DNA from: Sporopachydermia quercuum
Taxonomy: Eukaryota
DNA length: 63,999 nucleotides
Reading direction: 5' to 3'
Assembly (NCBI GenBank): GCA_001599295.1
Contig: BCGN01000006.1
Coordinates: forward strand, 744,001 to 807,999
The number at the start of each line of letters is the position of its first letter. The stretch's first letter is position 1. Of the stretch, positions 28,096 to 41,014 are shown in pieces. Below the pieces are notes generated by a model. The model saw nothing but the letters and a program-made list of their open reading frames with translations, was not told the DNA's origin and made no database searches. The position numbers and the translations under genes are program-made.

Positions 28096-28463
28096 ATCAT
28101 TGTTCTATGATATGATTTTGTTTCAAATATTTGGGGAAATTTGGTTTCTGGCTGCTGGTAATCTGAAAGCAGAATATGTAGTATATTTAAATAGTGTCGT
28201 TATATTTATATGTTGTTTAATTATGGTGTGACACATTGCACAACACGCACAGTGTCACACTTAAGAAAAATTAATACATACTTTAGTTTGTTGAACCTAT
28301 TGGTTACACTTAATTTTATTTTCCCTGACTCCTTCCTTTCTGCTTTTACCTCCTATAAGTTGAAACTTTTGTTACCTATACTTTTGGTTTTCCTTTCATC
28401 TATAATGTACATATGCTGAAATTTCATACTCGTTGTTCCATATTATATATTACTAAAACTCAC

Positions 28464-29538
28464 TTAAAGAAAATCCTTCTTGTTGGCGGTTCGGACAAAT
28501 CTTCTCGCATGCCATTCGATTTGCGCATCCTTGTCATCAATGGTACCAAGAGTTATCTCATAAAGCTTCATTTCAAATCTAGGACCAACTTCAGCAAGCT
28601 CTACACCTCCATCACTTGTTCTCGCATATACGTGATGACGCACTGATATAAAATCGCCATTATTAGCAAATGTTACCACTCGTGAAGAATCCTTTTTAGC
28701 TCCTGGTGGAAATAAATGTTTCAGTATAGTGACTACTCTTTTCCCTAGGTCTGTAGTGAATCCTTCAAAGATGAGATGTGGATATGCTTCGCTGACGGTA
28801 CCAGCATTTATAATATCGTGTCTTAGAACTACGTTGTGTAAAGAAAACCTGGCAGTGGGCCCATAAGGTAAATGGCTCACAGTCAAACTAGTAGGTGTAC
28901 CTCTATGTTCATGTAGCACTATTATATCTGTGGAATTGCCTCTTGAACAGGCAGAAACTAAATCGTTCATAATATAGTTACCACGGTTTAATCTTACAGA
29001 CGTTGGGAGCAAGAGTTTGATTTCTTTGGTGAATTGTGATAAACGCGTGCTAGGATCCCTTGAAGTCGTTACTACAACATGCGGATCAGCAATGCCTGAT
29101 AATCTAGCATATTCATCATCAATTCCTAATTCATCTGTAAGCTGTGATTGATCGTAAGCAAAATCTTTTACTGCTACGTCTTTGGCTATATCCTTTGGTA
29201 GCGCTTTTCCTGATTCTAGAGATTTTTTAATGATTTGTCGCTTTTGAGCTGTGGCTGCTTCTTGTAATTCTAGCGATTTCTTATAGAGATACTCTCTCCT
29301 TTCTTTAGCTTGACGGCGAATCTGATAAATGGTTAGTATTGGCACGTTGCATATCATTGATAATAAACTAATACCAAGATTGATCTGACATAAGACAAGT
29401 ATTTCTAGGCATATGAACGCTTTTCCGCGGTATTTATNGAAAGATCTCTGAGTGCTTATGTTGATTAAATACAATAGAGCAATCCATATACACTATCCTA
29501 GCAATCAGCCCATAAATGAACCAAACAAGACTTACCAT
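28464..29538 (-). CDS. IMP4: U3 snoRNP protein Imp4, Brix domain (286 aa, 2 exons)
   Basis: Exon 1 is only ATG (29536-29538); intron 29322-29535 (GTAAGT..TACTAAC..CAG); exon 2 is 28464-29321, giving [14 protein letters not shown]. Motifs [23 protein letters not shown]. The first 50 aa of the ORF-track protein are intronic. Confidence 0.95.
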
Positions 29539-29742
29539 TATTAACGAACTGTATTTGTAAAATTTTACAATCAAATGATCTCCAGCCAAATATTGTTAAT
29601 AAATTTACATTAATAGTGTTTTTCTGTACGCTATAAGTATCAAAAATTGTATAATTTCCATATAGACAACTTGTTATATGAGCAGTTTTATTGATGATAA
29701 ATATCGTTCGCCGTTCATAATGAAGAAATTTTCGGTTCTCTA

Positions 29743-29754
29743 TGAAATTTTTCA
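29743..29754 (-). promoter_or_regulatory. RRPE (ribosome-biogenesis regulon element) upstream of IMP4
   Basis: TGAAAAATTTCA on the minus strand, about 210 bp upstream of the IMP4 ATG; matches the known RRPE consensus. Confidence 0.65.
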
Positions 29755-30385
29755 TTTGAGTGAGAAAAGTATTCCGGAAATTATGTGATTGCAGTGCCTG
29801 CTTATTTTCTCCTATTTTACGTCATACCGTAGTGAGACCTATATGCTACAAGACAGGATCGTTGATGAATGAACAAATATTCCTGCTCTTTTTTCTGACA
29901 ACCTTTGGTACGTATATAAAACACCTTGTTACATAAATTTACATTTGCAAATCTCAAGTTTTCTTTTTTTTTTTTGTATTTGTCAGAGTACATTTAGCTT
30001 CTCATTCAACTACTGTTGTATGGTAACTATTGTAAGGGCATTTTTTCCTATGGGTTAACCATCACGTGATCATATTACATATATATCGTTTCCGTAAAAG
30101 ATCATTGCTTCAATATTTCGGAAATAATCTCTTTGTAAGACATAAGGAGTCACCATTTACTACATAACAATATAGATATTTTTGAACAGATGATTGTTCT
30201 TCGAAGGTATCAACAGAATGTAACGAACATGTCACTAGTTTTAGTATTAGTATTGTATTTGTGAAATATGTATTTTTATATTATAAAAATATGCGACGTA
30301 AGGCACTCATTCAAATATTAACTGGCAATCAGTTATGAAAAGCATTCAATACCGGGTTTTGAAGACGAGAATGTTCCTATTCCGT

Positions 30386-32845
30386 TTATGAGGCCCCAGA
30401 CACAGAAAGCTTGATCAGACTTTCCATGAATGTCTGCAAACTGACATCATCGGTAAGAATTATTGCTCCTAGCCCATCACTTTGACGACCATAATCATCT
30501 TGCTTATAACTATGTGAAGGGTTAAGCTTGCTTAATAAGAATCTAGCCTGTGAACCACCCTCTTGAGTATCGATAAATCTCGGTAAGGGGAATCTATCAA
30601 CAAGAAGTTCTGCAGCGTCACGTCTTGGGGCTTCTAAAAGTTCTTTGAAGTTGGAATATTCTTCTTGTTCTTGATAATTAGCAGCTCTCCATTCCGCAAT
30701 TACACCTCCATGATAAATGAGAATATGGAAAAATGTATCAAGCAACAGAATTCTTTCTGGTCTGATCGATATTGAATCTAATAAACATGGCTCTGGTTCT
30801 TTATCAATTTCATAAGCTGTTAATGTAGGTTGTATCATAATCAATGAGTTCATAGTATCTTCTTCAAACAGAACATGACGATAGAAAGCAGTTTCATCAG
30901 GGGAATTATTGAAAAGCTGTAAAAACTGCGAGCGGCGTAAATGAAACATGAATTGAGGATATAATGAAAAGTTGTTGGCAAGTCTGAATGATCTTTCTTC
31001 ATCTCTTCTATACTCAGCAAACCTTCCACATACTTGAATTAGAAGCTTATCAATGTACCTTAATACTTCAGTATACTCTGCACCTTCAGCTTCTGCTTTA
31101 TAAACAGCTTGACGACCAATCACTACGGCAGCAGCTTCTTGATCTAGTGATGACGCTAAAGAGTCATCAAAACCTCCCATACAAAGGTTTCTAGCAAGTG
31201 TTGTAACTTTCAAACGATAGGTTCCAGACCCATGCTGATAATGAGTTAAAAACTGTACACAAGCAGTAGGAGGTACTGGTTGTCCATCAGATCCTAAGTA
31301 AGAATTTGGAGCTTGACCTGACGCTAATTGAGACGTTCCATTACTTCTGGGCTCAAAATAAATAGCATATGTACTGAATGGCATTATACTGTTAATTTTC
31401 CATGCATTTGTTCCACCAATACCAACAGAAGTCTCTGCAACATTACTTGCTTTTTTCTTCATAGAAGTAGCATGACCAATCAATCCTGTAACCTTTAATT
31501 CCTTTGATGTCACTACCTCCAGACTGCCATTTAGTCCCATCAATAAATAGCCTTCTTCGTCTTTATTGAAAAGACGTTGGAAACTCTGTTTGAAAATAGA
31601 TGTAGTAAACGAATCTGTTAATACCATTACGCCTCCAGTTTGATTGACAATTGATTCTATTTCCCAAATACCTACTTGATCATAACTACCAACAAATAGA
31701 TCAAGCACATGCCCGTTGACAGAACATCTACGGGCAATAGCTTCATATGCTTTCCGAGCTGGCTTCACATGTTTAGCATGACCATTATCAATATCGTGAT
31801 GTGATCTTATTGTTTCCTTCAATTCAGGACCTACAACTTTTCCTGGTCCAACCGTGCAAGGTCCTGCGGTGAATAGTATAATACGAGCACCACAATGAAT
31901 TGAAGAAATTCCCAATAGTGAAGCAGCTATATTCACAGCAGTACCTGTGGCACGCTTAGCTCTACAGGCCTTGGGAATTTCCCAAGAATCTGTTTGCAGT
32001 TCATCAAGAATAGTAGAAAGTTGAAATTCAACCTCTTGTACTGGTTGTAAAAACTTTGATCCTCCAAGTCTATTTCCTAATCCGTTTTTCAGCTCTCTGG
32101 CTTCTTGTTCTCTTAAGTCTGATGGCATCAGACCTAATATTAGTCTTACTTCATCAAGAGAGTAATCGTACTCACCATTAAAAGCATAACTACGCATGCA
32201 GGTAGTAAAAGACAATTCAAACACGTTGACGATTTTACCAAAAGTAATAAGACCAATAAGGGCATTCGGCGGTAGTAAACTCAGAGAAGTAAGAATACTA
32301 TCTTTCAGTGCCTGCAAATTATCAGCTTCAGTACAAGTGTCAACAACAAATAGAAAAATTGGTGGTGGGGGGGGTGGATTTCCTTGATTTGTTGGTAAAA
32401 TATATTCAATTGAAGTAGCAGCAGGATCAATAGAATAAGGCAATTCAGAGTTAGCAATTTGATACTGTGCAGGTAGTTGATTTCTGGTTAAACAGAAAGG
32501 ACAGGTCCATATCTTCGACTGTGGATCGACTTTACAGTAGGGGTTCAACACAGCTCTACATGGAGCTTTACAAACTATAGGGGCATCTTGAACCACTATT
32601 TTATCATTTCTTTCCTTCAATGGTGTATATAATGTAGAAATTGGAATAACTGCTCTTGATGCCTCAAGCTTAGTAGACGCGAAAACGTTCCATGAAATTC
32701 TTACCCCATCAACCTCCTCTATGTCTTCAAACTCCTAATGGAAAATGTTAATAATCAATCAACAAAAATTTAGTTTAAATGATCAATTAATAGATAATCA
32801 TCAACCGTCATTCTCTACAGAACAAAAAATGAACTGCCTTACCAT
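30386..32845 (-). CDS. SEC23: COPII coat Sec23-family protein (783 aa, 2 exons)
   Basis: Exon 1 is only ATG (32843-32845); intron 32735-32842 (GTAAGG..TATTAAC..TAG); exon 2 is 30386-32734, giving [19 protein letters not shown]. Zinc finger (CKAPC..WTCPFC), IFLFVVD trunk domain, [23 protein letters not shown]. May be a second paralog. Confidence 0.92.
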
Positions 32846-33755
32846 TGCTTATGTAACCGTGGATAAAATTGAATGTTTTGTATCAATTACCATTCAATCT
32901 AACGCCGAACATAGAACATGTGTGTTCAAATCGATGAACCAAGCTTTAACCTCAGTTTGATGATGAAAGCACTGCAACAGTTTCTTAGGATTCCTGACGG
33001 ATTGGAGTGATGATGTTGAGCCTCGTCTCCCTACATTTTACCTTAGATATCTTATTCAATGTTCAAGCCAAGTTTACCTATCCCTTCAATCTTCGAAAAA
33101 CCTGTGGGAGGTGGGAAGGTGGTTACATATTTTCATTATGGGAGATAAATCTAGGTTATTTGAGTAATACGCATACCTGTTTTGAGACTGCTTACTTTAG
33201 TTTTCCATATTAGGATTAAAGCTTCTCCAGGATGGGTAATGGCTGGTTGAACTTTATTACTAAATCGGGAAACTGAACGAGAGTTCAATACAATAACTGT
33301 TTAGTGATTACGTGATTTTAATCCGCTAGGTGCTTGAGTGATATGCATAATTATGCAGACTTTGCACCTTTTTTTTTAACCTCTTTCGAATTGATTTAAT
33401 GATTATGTTGAACAAGCTGAAATTTGTTATTGATGTGAAACAATGAGAAGGAAGAGCTGATTATTGTATGTATGTACTATCTACGATAATCTGATTCATC
33501 ATCGGTGCTTTCTTAATATTATTGGAATCTGATTCCTTGATTTTATATTATCTGGAAGTAGTTAATTGGTCGTAGACTTATTGGACTTTGTATTCATATA
33601 TCCATAGATTGGCAAGCTACTTGGTGTGTGCTGGTGAACTCTCTGTTCATTTATCAATCGCCATTCAAAAGGGTACATGATTTCTTGACTACAAGACTGA
33701 CTATGGAACGGAAATTAGTATGTTGAATGTCTGCTGAGAAAATTACAAAGTCATA

Positions 33756-35885
33756 ATGTTGTTAAGCAGTATTTTTTTGAATAACGTTCGTGTAGTCTCC
33801 AGAGTATCAACTAGACCATGTATCAGATGGTTAACTACTGCTACTTCTCCTGATGCTACACAAATTGAAAGTGAAACAATCAATGCTGACGGAAGTACTA
33901 GTGAACGTTCCGATTTGAAAGTGAAAAAACAAGAAAGAAAACAAAGAAAACAGAGGGGGAAAGCTGTCTTGAAACCTGTGAATGAGGAGCAGAATTTCGC
34001 TAATAGAAAGAAGAAGATTCTTGAGATAGGAAACGAAACGGCATATCCAACTATTGGGAATGTTAGAAAACTATTTGCTAATCTTCATCAGTCTAATGAA
34101 GAAAATAAAGATAAGTCATTGACTACGTTGAGAGTTCCTCAATTCAGGAAACTTTTCGAAAGTTATTCATTTGAAAATGAGTTGTTAGATGAGCCTAACA
34201 AGTATTACATTTTAGAAGGTATGTATGCAAGGGCAGACAAACTCAGGAGCTAATAATTGTTTGAAACGTTAGTTGAATTGTCCAATCAACAACGAGCTAA
34301 TGATTTTATTTGATAGGTTGTAACTATTATACTAACTGATTATATAGGTAGAGTAAGCCGTGTGAGAAGAGCTGGTAAGGGAATGGTTTTCTTTGATTTG
34401 ATTCAAGATTATACAAAAGTTCAGGTGATTGCCTCTCATACTCGAATGGGTCTCAGTAAGCATGAATTTGATGCACTTCATCGTATTGTAAAAAGAGGTG
34501 ACCAGATATCAGTTTGTGGTGTCCCTGGCACTACTAGAATGAAAGAATTATCATTAAAATGTCAATATCCTGTTAGAATTGCTACACCTTGTTTGCATCC
34601 TATCCCCTTAGAACTATCCGATGAAAAGAAGACGAGTCATAATAGAATTCTCGATTATTTGATCAACAGCTCTAGTTCCTATATAAAAATCAAGTCACAG
34701 CTTATAAGTTCTATAAGAGACTACTTAACTGATCGTGATTTCATTGAAGTGCAAACTCCAATAATATCAGCTGGTAGCACTGGGGCCAATGCTACTCCTT
34801 TCATCACCATGGCAAAAGCTTTAAAGAGAGAAAGAGAGAAAATTAATGAAGAGCTGTGTGCTTGTTATGATAGTGAAAATGATGATAATCCCACCAGTAT
34901 TTCAAAAGAAGAAAGGGAATCTCAAGATGAAAAGTTAATAGAAAAAAGTATTTCTCTGTCTCTAAGAGTTGCACCAGAATTATGGTTGAAAAGATTAGTA
35001 ATTGGAGGATTTGATAAAGTATTCGAAATAGGTCAAGTGTTCCGAAATGAAGGAATAGATCATACACACAATCCTGAGTTCACTACCTGTGAGTTTTATC
35101 AAAGCTTTATTGATCTTGATCAGTTAATGAAAATGACTGAAGAGATTTTTTATGACAGCTATCAAAGAGTCTGTAAGAAGTTTCCTGATCAAATTGATGG
35201 AACAGCAGAAGAGCTATTAGGGAGTTGTTTGACTGAAACGGGTAATAGCTTTGAATTTCAAAAGGTGGAATTCATCCCTACTATTGAAAAACTAAGTCAA
35301 GAACAATTTCCAGATGCTACTAATCGTGAGCTACTTGAGGGTTTTATTAGTAGATTGGTAAATCGTGGTTTATTAACTGAATATCAAGGGTCAGAGAAAA
35401 TTCATTTCAGTAAATTGAGTTCTGCACAATTGTTAGATAAACTATCCTCAGAATTAATTGAGCCTTCTTGCGGCTCCAAACCTACATTTATTTATCACCA
35501 ACCTGAATTATTGTCACCTCTGGCTAAATCTACTACGATTGAATATCCTGTTTTGGGTGGCAATGGCAAGTTTCTTAAGCATAAAATTTCCAAAAGGTTC
35601 GAATTGTTTATCGATGGGAAGGAGTATGTAAATGCATATGAAGAAGAGAACAGTCCTTTCGAACAACAATTGAAATTTCTTCAGCAAGCTAGAAACAGGG
35701 AAGACTATAATGATGACGAGGCAATTGTTCCTGACTATAATTATGTCGACTCCCTTGAATGGGGTTTACCACCAACTGGTGGATGGGGAATAGGCATTGA
35801 TAGGTTTTGCATGTTCTTTTGTGGCGTCAATAAAATTGAACAGGTGTTGAGTTTTGGTGATTTGAAAAATGTTTTACGTCAATGA
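33756..35885 (+). CDS. MSK1: Mitochondrial lysyl-tRNA synthetase (~666 aa, 2 exons)
   Basis: Exons 33756-34218 and 34348-35885; intron 34219-34347 (GTATGT..TACTAAC..TAG) joins the two track ORFs in frame (LEG|RVSRVRRAGK). Arg/Ser-rich presequence; class II motifs (GANATPF, LRVAPELWLKRL, FRNEGIDHTHNPEFT, GLPPTGGWGIGIDR). Confidence 0.95.
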
Positions 35886-36284
35886 GGCTTGTATATAAAT
35901 AGAGACTTGGTGATATGTGGTAAGTAAATTATCAATTTTGTATATATAGCAATAATATGATATTACAAGAGATTGTAGCAATCCTACTATAATCACTCCA
36001 TTATATCAGAAATATCGGAATACTTAATCAAATATTATTATATCCATAATTCCAAACTTTCGGAAACTATCTGAATTTAATTTGAAATTAGTAATCTTAA
36101 AATATGCATATAATCAGGAACATTGAGTTGTAAATGATTGATCTACGAACATTTAATTGCAAAATATCTCGAATTTTGTCGTATATTTATTATTTCTGGT
36201 GCTTAACTGACTGTTATACAAGAGTTTCTTGACGAGTCCCGCAAAGTTGAACAATTAGGCAAACTAAGAAGATATTATTGTGCC

Positions 36285-36310
36285 ACGCGTAAAACATAGC
36301 TACTACGCGT
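36285..36310 (+). promoter_or_regulatory. Two MCB (MluI cell-cycle box) elements upstream of RNH201
   Basis: ACGCGT at 36285-36290 and 36305-36310, about 110-135 bp upstream of a DNA-replication/repair gene. Confidence 0.75.
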
Positions 36311-36419
36311 AAGTGATCAACGTTTTAGCAGATACTGTATTATCCATAAACTGTATATGAACACACAGATGCTGAATCAATAACGATTGTTCTGATTTTA
36401 ACTGAAATACAGGTTTATA

Positions 36420-37355
36420 ATGACACACGAAGATGAGTCATTTCAATTTCCAAGCGTGCCTGGAAATGGCAGTTTTGACTCCAATTTCTACGTTACTAAA
36501 GCACCAGAAGTTACATTGAGCAGCCCTTGCGTCCTAGGAGTAGATGAAGCCGGAAGAGGACCAGTTCTTGGTCCAATGGTTTATGCGTTAGCTTATTGTC
36601 CTATAGAATACAGCAATGAGTTGAAAACATTTGGATTTGCAGATTCCAAAACACTGAAAGATACCGCACGTGAACAATTATTCAAGGCAATGTGCTCGTT
36701 AGATCACGGACTCTATGATAATGTTGGTTGGGTGATAAATAGCCTATCTTCAAGAGACATTTCTGCTGGAATGCTAAGACCTAGCCATGGTTACAGTAAT
36801 GTTGGTGGGATCTACAATTTGAATGAGCAAGCACATGATGCAACAATAAAAATGATTAAAGCAGTTCTTGACTTGGGTATTGATATCCAAGAGATTTATA
36901 TCGATACAGTTGGACCTCCAGCAACTTATCAAGAAAAATTGAAAAGGATATTTCCTGGCATACGAAAAATAGTGGTCGCTAAGAAAGCAGATGCCATTTA
37001 CCCTATTGTTAGTGCAGCAAGTGTGGTTGCTAAAGTAACAAGAGATAAGACACTAGAGAGCTATGGATCCGGCTGGGGAAGTGGGTATCCCTCGGATCCT
37101 AAATCATCAAAATGGCTAAAAGAAAATATCGATAAAGTATTTGGGTGGGATCAAATTGTGAGATTTTCATGGCAAACTAGTAAGGACCTAATAAAGAAAT
37201 CGGATGGTGTTGAAATTGATTGGGGTGACGATAATGATTCCAAACNAAAGTATGGTGTTAGTAAGCTTTTTAGTTCCTCGGATGACATCGATCGAAACTA
37301 TCGCCCGCTACCCTTTGACAACTGGTATGGAGCAAATGTTGCAAGCCTGAAGTAA
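36420..37355 (+). CDS. RNH201: Ribonuclease H2 catalytic subunit A (311 aa)
   Basis: GVDEAGRGPVLGPMVY, FADSK, YIDTVG, KADAIYPIVSAASVVAKVTRD, GSGYPSDP. Confidence 0.96.
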   Translation: MTHEDESFQFPSVPGNGSFDSNFYVTKAPEVTLSSPCVLGVDEAGRGPVLGPMVYALAYCPIEYSNELKTFGFADSKTLKDTAREQLFKAMCSLDHGLYDNVGWVINSLSSRDISAGMLRPSHGYSNVGGIYNLNEQAHDATIKMIKAVLDLGIDIQEIYIDTVGPPATYQEKLKRIFPGIRKIVVAKKADAIYPIVSAASVVAKVTRDKTLESYGSGWGSGYPSDPKSSKWLKENIDKVFGWDQIVRFSWQTSKDLIKKSDGVEIDWGDDNDSKXKYGVSKLFSSSDDIDRNYRPLPFDNWYGANVASLK

Positions 37356-38944
37356 ATCCAGGTAGAACACGAATAAACAAGAACCAACAAGAGTAGGTGA
37401 TTTAATCATCACTTTGCCTTGATCTTAACATCAACAACTGATGAAGCTCAATTAAATGGTAAGAATAGTCTTTCTTTCTTTCTTTGTTAGTATCAATTGT
37501 GAGCTATTGTTAGAAAACAAGTCGTTCAAGACTCAGTTACAATAAATCATGATAACGCTTGATACGGTACATGTTGAACTGTACTTCCACCAACTTCCGC
37601 ATAGCCTTGCATATCATTGCATAGCCGGGTGAATTAATTCTAAATGGAATCTGAATAATTCCGTTAGGAGCGGATGAACAGAAATTACCAGAAATTATAA
37701 TGACTGGAACGATTGTAATATAGATACAATTTAAATTGAAGAAGATAAAATATGAAATGTCATGAATGCAATTTGAATGATCCACTGTCTAAACTTGCCT
37801 TAATACATCTCGTTGTAGAATACATGAAGTTTATTCTGAACCTGACAAATCTGATTTTTGTGTGTAAGGCATCTGAGCCTTATCGAACGAGAAGTAATCG
37901 GACAAGAAGACCAAACAGCACTTTGATTCAATATTAGAAATGTATTAATAGAGTAGAGTGTAGTGTAGAGTATATACATAATTGTATGTCCTAGAAAATA
38001 AATGTCTTTTTTTTCCACAATAAAGGTGTTCATGAAAGGGTTCTTTGATGAATTTCTTTCAAATTAGCTGATGAACAATTTTATGAGAGTCCAAACGATG
38101 TTATCATCTTACAGATGAAAAACTAGGAATCTACAAATGGCGAATGAGAATATCTTTCTTTATTGAGGTATTTACCGATCTTTGTTCTCAACTTTATTAT
38201 GAGATCGGTTCGTAGGTATTCAACTTNTTTTCCTGTTACCAAGTTCTCCATTGAAACGCTCTCAATTATTTGTTCATACGGTGAATAGACACACTCTGAT
38301 AACATAGTGGATGAGAAGACAATCTTTAGAAATACTTCCAATCATTCAATCCCAGTTAATCCTTATGGTTAACCTCATTACCTCCATCTACGACTATATA
38401 CTTAATGTTAGCTACCTGTAGTACCAGTAAATATTTCATCTAAAGGTGAAGATGATTCCGATCAATAATACATTAATTCTCCTATCTGAAAGGTGCTGTG
38501 TCGTATTAAGACGAGCATTCATCTGCATGAATATGTATTGAAGCAGGCGCTATTTACTCGTTCTGAGTTTATCTTTTCACATGGACATGTATCAAGCCAC
38601 ATTTTAAGTTCTGCTGCTCATTGCTCTGCGTCATACTCTGCAGCGCCATGCAGTAAAGTGGGTTGACAGTATTCTTCCCTATTGTGTTTCCCAAGTTTCC
38701 CTCTTCACTTCTCTTCCCTTACATTGAGGCAGCAACAAAACGAAAGCGATGGAATCAGAATTAATACTATGTGAAAATGGATGAACAATAGAGAACTTTT
38801 TGGAAGCTAAGGAATAGCAGATAAACCAACATCATCTAGCTTTTTGATTGATTTTTTCTAAATTGATTAAAAGTTGTTGTAGGATTTCAACAGTGTGTTG
38901 TCTATATACATCAGTGAGAAAGGAACGATAGTTCGCATATAAAG

Positions 38945-41014
38945 ATGTCAGCCCTTGTTTTTGCTAGAACACTGACTCGCTCAGGAGTCAGGTTGGCTCA
39001 AAGGTATGTATTTATGAGAATCAGATTGCCTCTTGAATATTTTAAGGTCATTGATGATGTGTTGTAGAATTTGTTACAGCACAAGAAGAAGAAGAAGCGG
39101 GAAGCGCTTCAAAATTGTTTTTACCAGAACTTAATGCATATTACTGAGGATGCATGGGAGTACATCGCTTTTGAGCTGTTTGATCCAGATAGCATGGTAT
39201 TACCAAATTGCCAGAAAACATTAGTAGCCATTAGCTCATAATTCATGGCTGTTTTATGGTTAATTCTTATTGATTTATCATAATTCTTGTGTTGGTATCG
39301 AAGTCCTCACTCAATTGCCAATCTCAGCCACATGATGTATTTAGCCAGGGTTATTACATGAGGTGTAGGGGTATGCATGGATTAAGCATGAACATTACTA
39401 GAGCTTAACGTTATTATACATAATAATACAGAATTATGCATGATGGAGTTAGTTCATTTATCCATCACAAATAGATATTCTGACTCGGTTCAAGACATTA
39501 AATTAGTGATGATATAATACTACTATATTCAATACAAAACATTCATGGTCATCAATGGTTTTTTTCGATATTCGGTGAAAACGACATTTTATTGGTATTT
39601 AAAATGTATTGTCAATCTACTTGAGACTTATACATACTAACATGGGATTTCATTCATTAGATATCCAAATATCTTGGCGAATCAATTACGATTCTATGCT
39701 TCATTTCCTCCACATACTGTGATTGATATGCCAGCTTTATCACCTACTATGACCCAAGGAAATTTAGCTTCCTGGTCTAAAGCTGTAGGTGATAAGCTGG
39801 AACCAGGTGATGTGCTTGCTGAAGTTGAAACCGATAAAGCCCAAATGGATTTTGAATTTCAAGAAGAAGGGTATTTGGCTAAGATTTTGGTTGACGGTGG
39901 TACAAAGGACATTCCAGTTGGAAAGCCAATTGGTGTTTATGTTGATAATGCTGATGATGTTGCTGCATTTGCTGATTTCACTGCCGAAGATGCTGGCGGA
40001 TCTGCTCTACCTCCTAAGGAAGAACCAGCTCCTGCAAAGGAAGAACCCAAGCAAGCTGCTAAAGAAGAATCAAAACCTGCTTCATCTGCTCCTACCTCCA
40101 AACCTGCTGCATCTAAGGCCCCAGTTGGTAGAATATTTGCCTCTCCTTTAGCAAAGACTATTGCTTTAGAAAAAGGTATCTCTTTGAAAGAAGTAAAGGG
40201 CACTGGTCCTAATGGTAGGATTACTAAGAAGGATGTCGAAGCTTACACTCCAGCTGCCAGTTCTCCTTCTGTTTCTGCTGCTCCTTCGGCTACTGCTGCT
40301 GCTGCTGCTGCTTCTTACGAAGATATTCCTCTCACCAATATGCGTAAGACTATTGCCACTAGACTTTCACAATCCAAGAACACTGCACCCGATTACATTG
40401 TTTCATCCACGTGCTCTGTTTCCAAACTTCTCAAGCTTCGTGTTGCCTTAAATGCCAATGCTGATGGTGAGTATAAGATTTCCGTTAACGATATCTTAGT
40501 TAAAGCCATTGCTATTGCCGCTAAGAAGGTCCCAGCTGCCAACTCTCATTGGATTGAATCAGAATCTGTCATCCGGCAATATAACAACGTCGATGTCTCG
40601 ATTGCTGTTGCTACACCATCAGGATTAATCACGCCAATTGTGAAAAATGTCGATGCTAAGGGATTAGTCGAAGTCTCCAAGGCTGCAAAGACCTTAGGTA
40701 AGAAAGCCAGAGATGGCAAATTGGCTCCCGAAGAGTATCAAGGAGGTACCATCACTATCTCTAACATGGGTATGAACCCTGCTGTTAGTATGTTCACAGC
40801 TATTGTTAATCCTCCTCAATCAACCATTATTGCTGTTGGAACTGTTGAGAAGAAAGCTATTCCCGATCCTGAAAGCGAGATTGGCTTTGCTTTTGATGAC
40901 ACCATTACTCTCACTGCATCATTTGATCACAGAGTTGTAGATGGAGCTGTAGGAGCTGAGTTCATGAAAGCTTTGAAAAGAGTAGTGGAAAATCCTTTAG
41001 AATTGATGCTTTGA
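38945..41014 (+). CDS. LAT1: Pyruvate dehydrogenase E2 dihydrolipoamide acetyltransferase (~470 aa, 2 exons)
   Basis: Exon 1 38945-39003 encodes the presequence [20 protein letters not shown]; intron 39004-39660 (GTATGT..TACTAAC..TAG, 657 nt); exon 2 39661-41014. Lipoyl domain ([13 protein letters not shown]), E3-binding domain ([14 protein letters not shown]), catalytic DHRVVDG. Confidence 0.96.

Noticed and set aside
28226..28260. 9-bp inverted repeat GTGTGACAC..GTGTCACAC between MLF3 and IMP4
   Set aside because: Short enough to arise by chance; yeast Pol II termination does not use hairpins.
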